Both the position numbers and the translations under genes were made by a program. Below the pieces are notes generated by a model. The model saw only the letters and a program-made list of their open reading frames with translations. It searched no databases and was not told the origin of the DNA. 64,000 nt of DNA from Lama guanicoe (taxonomy: Eukaryota), in contig MU054098.1 of the NCBI GenBank assembly GCA_013239625.1, positions 2,605,104 through 2,669,103 on the forward strand, in the 5' to 3' direction. Below, piece by piece: positions 11,524-25,530 of this stretch. Position 1 is the stretch's first letter; each line of letters begins with the position of its first letter.

Positions 11524-13019
11524 CCTGGAAAGTAATCGGCAAAGTCACCGAGGCAAGATAATGAAGGCCATTACCCAGGGTCTAGAATGATTTCACCTGA
11601 ACCCACCCAGATCCTCAGCTCTTCCTACATGAATCATTTGGGCAAGAAAGGGAGCATCATGCAAACATCTTTGTATACTTGTTAGCCCTTACCATCCTAG
11701 CCCGGGTTTAGTACTGAGCTTCAAGAATACCTCTAAGAAATTTGACAAGAGCGAGACAGAGCACCAGTAGTGGCCTCCTCTCTGTTTCTGTGGCAAATGC
11801 TAGTTTGCCAGGAGAAACCTGATTCATTTATTTTACCACCTGGAAAGAAGGTCCGAAGTCATATAAGTTCTTCCTTCTGCCTGCAAATATGCTTACTGCT
11901 TATCCACCAAAGGAAAACTGCTTCTGTTTTTAATGGTCTCAAAATAAGATTCCATAACCTCCCTTGGTAGCTCATTCCAATGTTTTATAGATTCCTCCTG
12001 CTGCTAATTATATCCTCAAGTACTTTCACATACGTTTACCTATTTAAATCCTTATAACAATCCTGTGCAACAAGGATTATCCCTGTTTTACAACTGAGGA
12101 AGTGAAGACCCAAAGAGGCTAAGTGATGTGCTGAGATAACGTACCTGTTTAGTAACAGGGTACAAATCTGATTCTTCAGTATCTCAGCCTTCTGTGCTGT
12201 CCCTTACACTGTGGTCTGCCTAGTGATGCTCTGGGGAGCTCCAAATCACTGGCAGAATAAGAGTGTTAAGATGTCAGCAGTAACACAATATAGCTGTGGT
12301 GGGTGGCTGACCAAGTGGATCATAAGCCACAAGTCCCCTTGAGGCTAACCATTTCATTGTCCTCATACCTACATACTATAGTTCTAAATGCACCTACACT
12401 TTGAACATTCTAGTAAAAAGAAAAGATACCAAAAACCTAAATGAACATTAAAAATCACCTTAAGAATGATAATCTATGAAAATAAAAAAATAAGAGTACA
12501 TGGTCTCCTCTTTTCTAACTTCTCTATTTTTGACCTCAGAGATAAATATAATCAGAATAAATTGGAGGAAGTGAGGTAGAAAATAATCTTTCCTAATATC
12601 CTAAAAAGAAAAATGTTTTGCCCTGGGGCATGAATTTATTATTTCCTTTCCCTTTGAAGTCATTCCTTTACCTCTCAAAGTTCATCAAGGGGCCAAAGGT
12701 TAGCATTTTAAGCATAGTAAAGAACGAATCCCACTACCTATGTGCTTAGTACTCAGAAAAGCACAGGGGGGGCCATAGCCCTGTTCTCTGGCGAGAGCCC
12801 TCCCAAGACCAGACCAGCAGACTGCTCAAGTGAAAAACTGGATGGTGGTGTCCTGATAGGATTCCTTACAGGATTTCCTTTCTAATATTAGCCAGAGGCA
12901 GGAGAGTCTCAAGGCAGGTTTGCTCGAAAAGAGCAAAATCTCTCTCTCATCCCTTGTGACTGATATTACCAGGTTAAATGTTTCTACTCTAAAACACTTT
13001 TAATGAAATATAATGACCA

Positions 13020-14215
13020 CTTCACCTAACTACCCTTGTCAAAGTCACCAGTGACTTCCACACTACTAAATTCAATGGCCAATTCCCAGTCCTCCTCTTA
13101 CTTGTTGTATAAGCAGTATTTGACACGACTGATCACTCTCCAAGTCCTCTTCTTCATCTATAGTGACTTCCTTGGTGATCTCTTACAGTCTGTAAATCAT
13201 ACTTATGTGCCAATGCACCCCAAATATATTTAGCTAGCTCAGAGCTTTCTCTAGAATCCTGTACATGTGTATCTAAGTGCCCTCACATTGATTTCTGATA
13301 TATAAAACTCAATATATCCAAAACTGGGCCCTTGGTCTTCCCTCCAAAACCTACTCCATCTATAACCTTCTCCATCTGAAGTAGATAGCAACTCTATCCT
13401 AACTACTTAGGCTAAAAAGCTTGAGTTTATCTTTGATCCTTTTCTTTTTCCTCACATCTACCAGGATATTCTATCAACTCTAACTTTGAGATATATCCAA
13501 AATCTAATAACTTGTCATTGTGAACCACTATCATCTACCTCTCACTTTGATTATTTCAATAGGGTTCTAACAGGATTCCTTTTGCCTCACTCCAGTCTCT
13601 TCTTAACACAACAGCCACAGTGATTCCTTTAGAATGTAAGTCAGGTCATGTCATCACCCCTCCTCTAGGGGCTCAGCATTTCCTTCAGAGTAAAACCTAC
13701 ATCCTTGTAATGGCCTACATGCCCTCCCCATGATATCATCTGCAATGCCATCTTCTACTTTATTTCTGTCCTCTCCCTCTGTTCCAGCCACTCTGACCTC
13801 TGTCATTCCCCAAACTCACCAGGCACATTTCCTCTTTAGGCGCTTTGCACTGGCTATTCCTTCTGCCTGGAATGTTCTTTACTCAGATATCTGAAGGCCA
13901 GATCCCTCACCTCCACAAACCCTTTCTTACATCTCACCTTTTCAGTGAGAGCTACACTTATTACCCTTTTAAAAATTGAACCAACCCCTCCCAACACGGC
14001 ACTCCTAGGTCTTCCTTATTCTGCTCTACTCTTTCAGTTTTCTTAGAACTTATCACCTTCTGTACATATTGCACAGTTTTCTTGTTTATTATGATTATTG
14101 TTTACTCTGACTCCCCTCTCTAGAGGTAAGCTCCATGAAGGCAGTGATCTCTATTTTGTTCAAGCATAAAAACAGTATCTGGCATAGGTACTCAATAAAT
14201 ATTTGTTGAATGAGT
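13020..14215 (+). mobile_element. L2 LINE 3' portion
   Basis: L2-typical sequence ending GGCATAGGTACTCAATAAATATTTGTTGAATGA. Confidence 0.8.
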
Positions 14216-16119
14216 AACAGGACTAATAACTCCTTACATTTTTTGTAGTGCTCTATACTTTAGTGTTTCCACATTGTATCTCATTTGATTGTCACAGTTA
14301 CCACATAATGTGGGTAGGGCCACCCAGAGTTTATTATCTACATTTACATTTAGGAAAATTGACATCTAAGAAGGCAAAAGGATCTACCCAGAGTCACACA
14401 GCTGGAATGTGGGAGAACCTGGAACCTACTTCCGTGCGTTCTTCCCAGAGCCTCCAACATTATCCTGTAAAGCCCTTAGTGTTTGAGGAAAAGCCTTCCA
14501 GATTTTTTTGCTAGGACAGAGACATGCCCTCCTTGTGCCATTAACCCAGTGCCTTGAAGCTGTGTTTCACCAGCTCAGGGGGATAGAAACATGTGAAGTT
14601 ATCTAAAGACCTGAGTTTATGTGGGAATAGCCATGTTAATGTCAGAGAAAATGATTCCATTCCCAAATGGTGCTCTCTCCAAGAAAGCAAGCAACATTGG
14701 AATATACCAGCTGCTCAGTGGAATAAATCATTTGTTTCTTCCTAACCAGCTCTGCCTTCCTTTTGCATCACTCATTAAACCAAACAGTTCTCCAAAGCAA
14801 CTTAAGAGCACAGCGGAGGAAATTACAGTCTAAGAAGGCATCTGCTATGGAAAGTGCATCCTAGTGGCCCCTTCCATCGTGCATCCATCTAAGCCCCTGA
14901 CTGCCCATGTTGAAAGCTCTCCCCCATGGCCACTGCCGCACAAGAAGAGTGGAGGCTATCCCTTTAAATGTACCACCAAAGAGGAAGCTGGTGTTTACTT
15001 GGCAGGAGGGGAACAAGATACTTCATGCTTGGCATACTGCTACCATTGGCATCCAATCCAGAAGCGGCTACATTCTGCAGGGGTGGCAACTATTTTGTCC
15101 TCAGGATAACATAGTGGAAGATACAGCTATATTTACATACAGGCTTTTTAACAGAGATGCCTGTCACCCCTAGTAAGCTCACAGGAGGCAAAAGGAATGG
15201 CTCAGCCAGGAAAAGGCAAGCCAAGTCCTCAGTGTCTTCTGGCAGCTGAACACACAGTACCAGAGAGAGAGGCCTGCTCTCTTTCCCTGGTCCCCAGAAT
15301 GTCATTATGACAGGGCTGTATGCATCCTGTAATCTTCCCAAGAATTACTAAGTAGATCTGGTTTGTCTTCAGTGCCCTTTTCCTTTGATCACAGCAAATC
15401 AAGAGATTGAGGCCTGACCCTACTACCAAATCAGTTCTGCCACCAGGCTCAAAAAACATACCCTAATGAAACAGCAAGCATCAAGATACAAACCTCAGGC
15501 TGAACAGAGAAGCATCCATGCAGGTATAGTCTACCAAATGCTTGATAGACTTCAGATAATACACGGACATGAGCATCACTGAAACACAAAAACCCATAGG
15601 ACAACCTTAGCCACACAGACATGTACCAAAGTATTTGACACTGGGGAAGTAGGAAGGATGGGGGAAAGAGATTACTTTTAAGGAGCAAAACATGAGATTT
15701 GGAGGCAGAAAAACCTGAGTTCAAGTCTAAAAGTTGTCTTACCTTGGGCATGTCACTTAAGCTCACTGTGACTCACTTTTCTGATCTGAAAATAGTATGA
15801 TGATAGCATCTTAAGTGAGTATTCCTTTTCTGATTTAGACAACTCTTAATTATGGTGAGATACCTGTTTAGTTTAAAAAATAAGAGCATGGCTTTTGAAT
15901 TCAAACGTAGATATAAACTCTAACTCTGACACTGACTAACTGTATGGCATTGAGGAAGGTACTTATTTTCTCTAAACCTGGGTTTGTCTGTATACTGGGG
16001 ATGATGATGATACCTACCTCAAATGGATACTAGAATAGTCAAATGAAATAATGTTGAAATAGTGTTTTATAAACTATAAACTCCAAGGCAAAGATAAGTT
16101 TTCCTTAAAAGGCCTTGTC

Positions 16120-16232
16120 TAGAGTGACCAACCAATTTGGTTTGCCAGGGACCAAGGAATTTTCCAGGGCCCAGCACTTTCAGCACTAAATATAAAAAAT
16201 CTTAGGCAAATTGGAAAGAGTTGGTTACCCTA
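16120..16232. mobile_element. hAT-Blackjack MITE (MER81/MER94-like)
   Basis: Inverted termini TAGAGTGACCAACC ... GGTTACCCTA. Confidence 0.55.
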
Positions 16233-16264
16233 GTCTTTATTAGCCTTTAACAAAGTCAAAAGAC

Positions 16265-17440
16265 TGAATAGGCCTCAACTGGGAAGACTAGGCCTCAATT
16301 ACATTCTGACTGGCCATCATCTAGACTTAAGCCCTGGCTAAGCCTTAACTATATACTCTGACCAGAACATAACTAAGTTTAGCCCCTTATGGGACTTAAC
16401 TGGGCTAAAAAGGCTTTTAAAAGGCTTAGTCCCTTGCTATGCCTTAAATGAGACTGACTATGCCTTCTCTAGACTTAAGTTCTGGCCAGGCCTTAAATAG
16501 ACTCTGAATAGATGTTAAGTAGTCTTAGTCCCTGACTAGGCTAAATGGGCTGTGACTAGGACTTAACTAAGCTTATGCCTGACTAGACCTTAACTGCACT
16601 GGCTAAACTTTTAACTAAGGTGAGTAGGCCTAAGTAGCTTAGGCCCTGGCTATAGCTTAACAAGGCTTAGGCTCTGGCTGAAACTTAACTCGCTCTGTCT
16701 ACACTCTAACAATCCTAGGCCCTGGATTCTACCTCAGCTAGTTTCTGACTAAAACTTAAGTAGCTTTAGGCCCTACATGACTTCTGAACAAACAAAAGCT
16801 AGGCTAGGACCATGGCTAGGCATTAACTGAATTCTAACACTTAAATAGGCAGAGTTTCTGACTTGATCTTAACTAGGCTTCGATTACATTTTAACTATGC
16901 TTAGGCCTTGGCTAAGTCTTAGCTAAGCTCTGCCTACGACTAAATTTTGTCCTCTTCTTAGAACTTCACTAGACTATGACTGGGCTTAAGTAGGCTTAGA
17001 CCCTATCTAGACCTTAACTGGGCCCTAACTTGACTAAAGACTATGGCACTGGCTGTGCTTTAACAATACTCTGATGAGGTGTTAACCAAGCTAACTAGCT
17101 TTTAACTAGGCTTAGGTCTTGGATACACCTTAATGAGTTTCTGACAAGTCTTAACTATGCTTAGGCCTTGGCTAGGCCTTAACTGGGTTATCTAGTAACT
17201 GGGCAACTGGTCCATAAGTAGGCTCTGACTCTGGCTGCATCTTAACTGGGCTTACTAGTCCTTAACTGGGTTGACTAAGCCTTAACCAGATTTTGAAACT
17301 GTCTACACCCTGGTTAGGTCAAATAGGCTAAGGCCATGGCTAGAATTTAACTGGGCTTAAGCCCCAGCTAGGCCTTATCTAGCCTGAGGTCCTGATTAGA
17401 CACTGGCTTTGCCTTAATTACTATTGTTTAGGGCTTGGCT
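16265..17440. repeat. Degenerate minisatellite of alternating ~28-bp and ~22-bp related units
   Basis: Approximate consensus A = CTAGGCTTAGGCCCTGGCTAGGCCTTAA (e.g. 16321-16348, 16469-16496) and B = CTAGGCTCTGACTAGGACTTAA (e.g. 16497-16518). Confidence 0.85.
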
Positions 17441-18339
17441 AAATCCCAGTTATTCTTTACTGAGAGTAATCACAATCATAAACTCCTTTCAGCCTTTACC
17501 TTCCTTAGTTTGCATCTGCCATTACCTCAGTTTTCCTATAGTTTCAGGCTGTGCTCTGAGTCATAAAAAGGAAATAAACATGACCCCACTAAACCCTCAC
17601 TGCAACAGGGAATAGACTACTTCTAGCTTCACTGCAGCCAGATGTATTTACAGTGTAACACAAAAAGCAGCCACCGAATTGGCACCCCCCCCCAAGAAAC
17701 CAGGGGATACTCTTTTAGGTAACACTTCACCCAGAAGTACATTTCCTTTTGACCCAGTCAAGATAGTCTATATAGCTCCTTCCGAGATGCCTATATTTTG
17801 TAATAAGTTTTTAATAGATGTAGATGAAAGTGTTCCCAAGTACAGGAGCTGCATCTACAGCTTTTGCCTATGGTGTGCAATTGATAGTGAAGAAAAGGGA
17901 CAGCTGACACACCGCAATTGCAGTAAAGGGAGCATAAGGTTCACAAGCCTGAACTCTGAGCACTTGTAGACCCTGTGAACTCTCCACAGTTAACTTATCA
18001 GGCCCGATGTGAAGAAGTAGCCAGTTTCATGTATACTGGCTTGGATTGTTGAAGGATACTGAAGTCCTTAGTTGATGACTTAAGAACAGGACGATGAAGG
18101 CAGCTCAGAGTATGAACCCTGAATTCCTGTCTAATGATTTCATCAGTACCCTAGTGATGAAAGATTGGTAATTGGTTCCAAAACCCTGCTATGTTATCTG
18201 GTTTTGGAGTATATATTTGAATAATTCAATTTTTAGTAAAATAAAATATTTGATTCTTTCCTCATTGGGAGGTCTCTTTGACTCAACTAATCATTTTTGT
18301 CATCCTTATCAAGTTCTAAGTTAAACTTAAATAGGCCTG

Positions 18340-18670
18340 AAGAGGACACTAATGAACTCATCTATAAAAGAAATAGCCTCGCAGACATAGTAAACAATCT
18401 AATGGTTACCAGGGGAAAGAGGGTGGGAAGGGATAAATTTGGGTGTTTGAGTTCTGCAAATGTTAACGACTATATATTAAAATAGATTTAAAAAATTAAT
18501 TTCTTCCGTATAACACAGGAAGCACACGTATAGCTTTGATATTCAATATCTTATAATAACCTTTAATGAAAAATATGAAAAAGAATATAAGTATGTATAT
18601 GCATGACTGGGACATTATGCTGTACACCAGAAATTGACACATTGTAACTGACTGTACTTCAATTAAAAAA
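18340..18670 (+). mobile_element. 5'-truncated lineage-specific L1 3' end with TSD
   Basis: L1 3'UTR and poly(A). TSD AAATAGGCCTG at 18329-18339 and 18671-18681. Confidence 0.85.
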
Positions 18671-21164
18671 AAATAGGCCTGCAGGGTTCTATTAACCCCT
18701 TCAGTACGGGGTGACTCAGTACCAGCCCTGAATGAACTAAATGAAATTTGTAGGTACTGTCCAGGGCAAAGTTAGTAAGGAGCCCTATTCACTGGATAGT
18801 GCCTGAACAAGGCCTGTTCCTTTACTAAAATCACTCATCATCAGCTCAGTCCTTATTCCTCGGTTCAGCCTGCTTTTCAACAATGGGGCAGGAATGTGGT
18901 TTTGTTGGGGAGGGAGGCATGAAAATCTGATGACAGGCCTCCAGGAGGGAGGTGCAGGCAATGGCTGAAAAGAAAGGGATGGTTACAAGTGTATAAAACC
19001 TCTGGGCTATGACTACTTTTGTGGGAAAACAAACAAACAAGTTTACCTCATGAGGATTTTTTTATAGTAAATTATTGAGAGGAGGTAAACATAACCAGGT
19101 TTATGACTTATGCGATGTAACAAAATTCTCTAAGGACTTACAGTAACCCATGGGGTTGTAAAAAATACTAATGCTTAATAGGCCTTATTCTGCCAACAAA
19201 GAAGCCAATTCTTGCATGTAAATACACTGTATATATCAAGCAAAAGTAAAATTTAGTCTCTTGGAAGCAAGAGACTAGCCCCATCCCTCTGATTATTCAC
19301 CTCGATCCAGTGATGGGAGGAAATTCATTACACAGGGGTATAGGGGCAGTCCAGTTGAGAATAGGAAACCAACCTGCTTCAAGACCAAGAAGCCCCCAGG
19401 GTTGTGCAGGACTTTCAATCATCACTCAATTAAATCTTGAAAAGTGCCAATTTCTTCTGCATCTCTCCTCATACCCCTCCTCAAACTGTCTCAGAAGCAA
19501 CTTAGTAATGATACAGCAAATTTTTTGTGGCAGCTAGACTCTCTAGTCAAATTCCCTGGTCAAAGTGTGTATATTTTTTAGTCTCCTCAATCTCCCTGGA
19601 AATCCTACAGGGACACGATGTACTCCCCACTCAAAACCTGCTGGCAGGCTAAGTCTAGCTAATGACCTCCAAGTCCATTGGGAAAGAAAGTGGCTCTGTC
19701 ATTTGATTTGTCAGGACCACAGAATTCAGAAAGTCAGTATCACACAATTAATGACAGACTGCTTTTTCTAGTTAATTATTTCCCAGAATGACAGGTGTCT
19801 TATCTTCTGAACTAGAAAGAATATGGCTGGTTGAAAAAACACACACAGTATAAGGAAGAAATTTTCTAACTTCTCCTTCTGCTCTTTACCGTTACCGTCA
19901 CCACCACCACTACCACACCATCCTAGGCAAGTCATTTCTACTTTCTGGTCCCTAGTGGTTCCTTCTGTAAAATGGAATAGCTAACCCACTTGAAAAAAAT
20001 GGAGAGAAAGTGTACTAGATAATGAATCATATTAGCAGAGTGGATAAGAGCACATGCTTGAGAGTTGTAGAGATCAGTTTGAATTACAACTCTGTCACCT
20101 TGTAGCTATAAACCCTTAGCATGTGATTTGACCTCACTGAGCCTCACATTTCCTTCTCTAAAAAAAAAAAGCTGGGGTGGACACTAATAATACCTATCTC
20201 ATGGGGCTCATGTTGCGGGGCCAAAAATCCAAGAACACTTGAAAAATGGTTAGTTCAATAAACAAACATGCCCCTTGTGCAATCTCATTCTTTTTACTAA
20301 CATCGCTTTTGGGTGTCTTGAGAGTATGTATCAGACACTTGATTAAAATATACTGATTGGTACTGTTGGACTCGCCCACAGAGCAGTAGGAAGATTCAGA
20401 AGGCAGGAGCAAGGAACCTCAGAAGCCTGAGACATGGTGATAGAACAGGGCAAGATGTTACAGGTTTTCTTTATCCTCGCCCCCAGTTGAGCTAAACTTA
20501 TATCTAGTCATTCCTTGTAACTATAACAAAGAAATCTCTTCCTGGAACCACAAGCCCAATAGGAATGATATGTAAAAGTGTCAGGGATCAAATTCAGGTT
20601 TAACTTAAAGAATGAGAGCCAAGGACTCCTGGGTTCTCTGCTCTGCCTGGGCACCGAAATCTTCTGTTCCTTTATTTTATACATTCCCTCTTTCTCTGAT
20701 TTCCCCAACCTCCGGCCAGTCTCGGATGAGGCTACAGGCAGAGTGAAAATACAATATTCAAAAGATACTTTGAAAAGGAAAAGTATTATTAACTACTAGC
20801 TGCACTTTGTGAACAAACTAATAAATTCTTCCATTACAGTTGCAGAAACATGAAAAACTACTGTTGTAAATCTATATCTTTCCAGCTTTGCTTTGATATT
20901 CAGGAGCTTAAGGGAAGTATGTTGACTCTGTTTTGGTCCTTCGTGTTTAAGTGCGAGTACTTAGCCATTCATTCACTCCAGGGAGAGACAGAGAAAAGGA
21001 TGAGTTTAAGGGTCTCAGAACTGAAAGCAAGTAACCAAGGAAGGTTACCCATCTCTTTCTGGAGGCTGTGAACTGGACACCCACGTTTCAGAATAGGAGA
21101 TGGCTTTGGATCGCCCCCGCTGAAGTACAAGGGCCTTAAATAAGCTCCACCCAGCTCACTTAGA

Positions 21165-21400
21165 GCCATGGGTTTCAACTGAGTCAATTCTATGCCCATC
21201 CCCCCAAGGGGACACTTGGCAATATCTGGAAATACTTTTGGTTGTCACAATTATGGGAGGCGAGGAGGGAGGTTCCACTGGCAATTAGTAGGTATAAGCC
21301 AGGGATAATACTAAACATCCAACAATGCACAGGACCGTCTCCCAGAACAAAGACTTACCCAGCCCAAAATGTGAGTAGTGTCGAGACTAAGAAAATCTGA
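21165..21400. mobile_element. MER20-like hAT-Charlie MITE
   Basis: CCCCAAGGGGACACTTGGCAATATCTGGAAATACTTTTGGTTGTCACAA...CTAAACATCCAACAATGCACAGGAC. Confidence 0.75.
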
Positions 21401-21846
21401 CCTAGAGGCTCTATCCTTCTCATCCTAAAAACTAGCAAATATTCTTGAAAGCCTTTCTTGTGGGCACAATGGGAGACAGAAGCCATTGTCTCTGCCCTAA
21501 GGAAGCTTAGAGTCTAATAGGGAGACCAACCAAGCCAAATGAAGCTACTGGAAAATAAAGAAGTATATCACACAGCTATTTTTTTTCCCTACATTGTATG
21601 TGTAGCCCCTGGGTGCTATAAGAACTTTGAGAAGGGAGGCATGGCAGTCTTTCAGAAAAACTTAAGAAGAGTTGGCTCTTGAGTTGATGTTTGACAGAGA
21701 AAACTCCTCTTTCCCTTCCCCTCATTGTTAGGAGAAAGATGAATCGATGCTCACTGCCCATACTTCCTTCCATTCTCAATTTAATCAGCCTTCTGTAATC
21801 TAATTTCAGGACCCCACAGACTCTAACTCCACAAAAAATGTTCTCT

Positions 21847-22179
21847 CCTCTTTCTTTCTTTCTTTCTTTCAATTGAGATATAGTTGGTATACAATCCTGT
21901 GTTAATTTCTAGGGCACAACATAGTGATATAGATATAGATATAGATATAGATAGATATATTCCTTTTCATATTCTGCTTCATTATAAGCCAATACAAGGT
22001 ATTGAATATAGTTCTGTATGCTGTGCAGTAGGACCTTGTTGTTTATCTATTTTATATATAGTAGTATATATCTGCAAATCTTGAACTTCCGCTTTATCCC
22101 TCCCCACCCACTTTCCTCCAGGTAACCATAAGTTTGTTTTCTATGTCTGTGAGTCTGTCTGTTTTGTAAATTAGTTCAG
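21847..22179 (-). mobile_element. 5'-truncated L1 3' end with TSD
   Basis: T-rich tail then reverse-complement L1 3'UTR. TSD AAAATGTTCTCT at 21835-21846 and 22180-22191. Confidence 0.8.
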
Positions 22180-24748
22180 AAAATGTTCTCTTGTAGGTGA
22201 TCAGTGACATGTTAATCACCAGAGCCAATCACCTGTCCTCAGTATTAACCTTTTGTAACCCTCACGTTTTTGAAATTCTCTTCCTCCTTGACTTTTATGA
22301 AAGCATCACCTGTTCTGGTTCCCTTTAAATCTTTTGGAGCTCAGCCTTTCTTTCTACAGCCAATCTATACAGCTATGTGGGCCTCAAACTCTGGCCTGCT
22401 GTCTTTCTCTCACTCACTTTTTTCTCTTAGTTGATTATTTTATTCATTCATTTATATCCACAAGGATATATATGTATGTATATACAAAATTCCACAAAGG
22501 ATTTGAGGTAGTTATAATCTCATGCTGTGTTCTCCCTTAATCTTCACACCGACTACTGTGGTTTTAGCCATCATCTCTATATAGGCAACTCTCCAAACTA
22601 CACCTCTGACTCCGATGTGCTTTCTACACCCACTCCTACATACCTAACCACCTGTCCTACAGACTTCTCAAATCCAACGGATCCTAAATTTAGGGTGATC
22701 AACTCATCCTGGTTTGCCCAAGATTCTCCCAGTATTAGCACTGAAATTCCCATATCCTGAGAATTCCCTCAACAGCAGACAAACAAGGACATATCTGAAA
22801 TGAATTCACTGCTATCTGTCTCAAACCCAGACCTCCTCCTGATCTCCTGATTCCCCTAAACCATTAATTAGCAGAGATAACCTCAATTCCTCTTCCTTCC
22901 ACCTCTTCATGCAATTGATTACCAAATATTGTCAATTCTGTCTGCAAATTATCTCCATTACTATCACCTCCTTTCAACTCCCATTGCTCCAATTTAGGCC
23001 GTTATCACCTCTCACCTGGAAAGTTACAATAGATTCTTAATCATCGCCCCCTCACCTCCAGCCTTCTATCATCTCATTCCCATCCCCTTTGCCAGTTCAT
23101 CTTCCATACAGCCAACATAATGCTCATTCTGAAACACAGATCTGAACATGCATAGGTAATCATCTCATCAACATGGAAGGCTTGGAGGCTGAACCCCAAG
23201 AACAGTACCAAAACTAGGTTCCCCGGTATTCAGCATGATGACTACGCAGTGTAATACCTAAGAAATGTTACTATGATAGACTGAAATGCACTGAGTAATA
23301 ATATGAGCTGTAAGTGAAAGGGAAAAGCAAAACAAAACCAAACCAACCACCATACCTTTGAGAAGCCAGGAATTCTGAGCCTGTCGGTTACAGTTTTGCA
23401 TCATCTCACTTTTTCAGAGAGCTATAGGACAACCACAGTTAAGGTAAGTAAGTATTGCCAGGGAACTCCAGGTAGTATAGACCACATATGGCCTTGATAT
23501 TCACCTGAAATGGAATCAACTGGAAATTATATAATGCAAAAACTAAGATAGCCTGAGAGAGAATCCACTTGCTCCCTGAGGATGTCTTAACTTGTCTGTG
23601 GCCCAACTCTCAAATCACTCCCGATGCAAGAGCCATAGGCTTTCCATCCAGACTAGTGAGAAAAAGGAGAATTTGCTTGAGTGATGTTTATATCAGTAAC
23701 AAGAAATATGTATCCTATTTGAATAATGGTGGGGAGGAACCAAATTTAGATTATGAGAAGTGAAAACTGCCAGATGAAGGAGAAGCCAAATGTTTTCCCC
23801 TGAGGGGAGAGAGAGCTCATCCCTCCCTCCCTCAGCAAAACATGACTGTCCTCTGTCTGCTTTCAGACACTTGCAAGGGGTAAATTGCTTATGAAGGAAT
23901 TCACCTTGGGAGTGAAAGGCTGACCTTCACGAAGGCAATAGAAAAAGACGGCTATCAGAAATAGCAGTGCCATAACCCACTCCCTATCTAATGGTAGGAA
24001 TTTCCAACACATTGTAGGTAACCCCCTTTTCCATCTACTTAAGTAAGAGATGTAGCTGCCCAGCAGAACGCTCTGCAGCTGGGGCCCTGCCTTTTTTTTT
24101 TTTTTGGCCACATTCTTTTTTCTAGTTTTTCTGTCACTTAAGAGGACACTGAAACATTAAAACATTTCATTTGTCTCCCAAAGACCTTGCTTCTGAAATT
24201 CTTTCTCCCTTCTCTATCAGGGACCTCCCTAGTCAGGAACACACAGGCACACATCACAAACAAATACATAGCCCTTCATTGTTTAATAGCAGCGATACCT
24301 TGCTTCTCAACCCGACAGATGGAAGCTTCTCTGCCCCACAGAAGTTTAGAGTCTAATCAGGGAGACCAACAAGCACAACTGAGAACAAGGAAGTATATCG
24401 CATAGTCGCTTTTTCTATATTTTTTTCTATAGTTGCTACAGGAACTTGGAAAATGGGGAGGTGAGCACACACTGGAATCTTTAAGAAAACTGCAAAAAAA
24501 AATAAAGGAGCACAAAGGAACAATTTAGGGTGATGAAAACGAACTCATTAAACTACAGCCATTAATCTGTACACTTAAAATAGTTGCTTTTTATTGTAAA
24601 TTGTACCTCAATACAGTTGATTTTTAAAGTACGAAAAAAGAGAAAACTTCAAAATTTTCAGAGAATGGAATCAGAGTTCATTCAGGTGTAACACAGGGAG
24701 AGGGATTTTGAAGACACAAGGGAAAAAAATCCACAGAATTGGGGGCAT

Positions 24749-24784
<36 letters not shown>

Positions 24785-25341
24785 TCTCACCTCACTTTGG
24801 TCATATAATATGGTTTAGGCTTATTTCGGCTTAAAGCATTAAACAACCTGTTCCAGAGTAAATCCTCTGCTGTCAACTCCCCTCTAAGCCAAAACCACTG
24901 TGTTCACTGCCCTGCCGATCCCCACACCTCTACCTCCAGCCCTAGACTTCCGTCTTTCCTTCTGCACTCCAAAGGCCTAGAAAATCAGCAAGAATAAGAC
25001 AAATACAGCTATTTGGTATTTAAATGAACACTCGTGGTGTGTGAGTAGCAGAGAGCTGCCTTCCATCTGTCTGTTGTCATTAATATGCCAAATAATCCAG
25101 CTATCATTTTTTTCACAGTTTACTATGGGCAAGGCATCCAGACACTGTGCTAAGAACTTTTATTGCACAGCATCTCATTTAATCCTCACAGCAAACCTAG
25201 AAGATAGGCAATATTATTACTCCCACTTACAGATGAGGAAACCGAGAATTAAAAAGACTTGTCTAAGGGCACACTGTTAATAAATGGCCAACTCAGAGTT
25301 TGACGTCAGCTCTAACTCCAGAGTCAGAGACTGTGTCGTAT

Positions 25342-25530
25342 GGAGGTCAGCAAACATTTTCTGTAAAGGGCCAGACTGCAAATATTGTAGGCATCATAGG
25401 TCATAGGTCTCTGTTGTAATATTCAACTCTGCCAATGTGAAAAATGAGCGTGACTATATTCCAATAAAATTTTATTTACACAAACAAGTAACAGACTGCA
25501 TTTGACCTCCAGGCTGTAACTTGATGACCC
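25342..25530. mobile_element. MER58A-like hAT MITE
   Basis: GGTCAGCAAACATTTTCTGTAAAGGGCCAGA...TTCCAATAAAATTTTATTTACA. Similar copies near 35700-35860 and 43375-43550. Confidence 0.7.

Noticed and set aside
14864..15173. Overlapping 81-88-aa ORFs in unique-looking sequence
   Set aside because: No recognisable homology, splice structure or poly(A)/TSD, so I cannot support a gene or pseudogene call.
16265..17440. CRISPR-like array, telomeric repeat or coding repeat
   Set aside because: Eukaryotic context, no unique spacers, no TTAGGG runs, and stop codons in all frames of the consensus.
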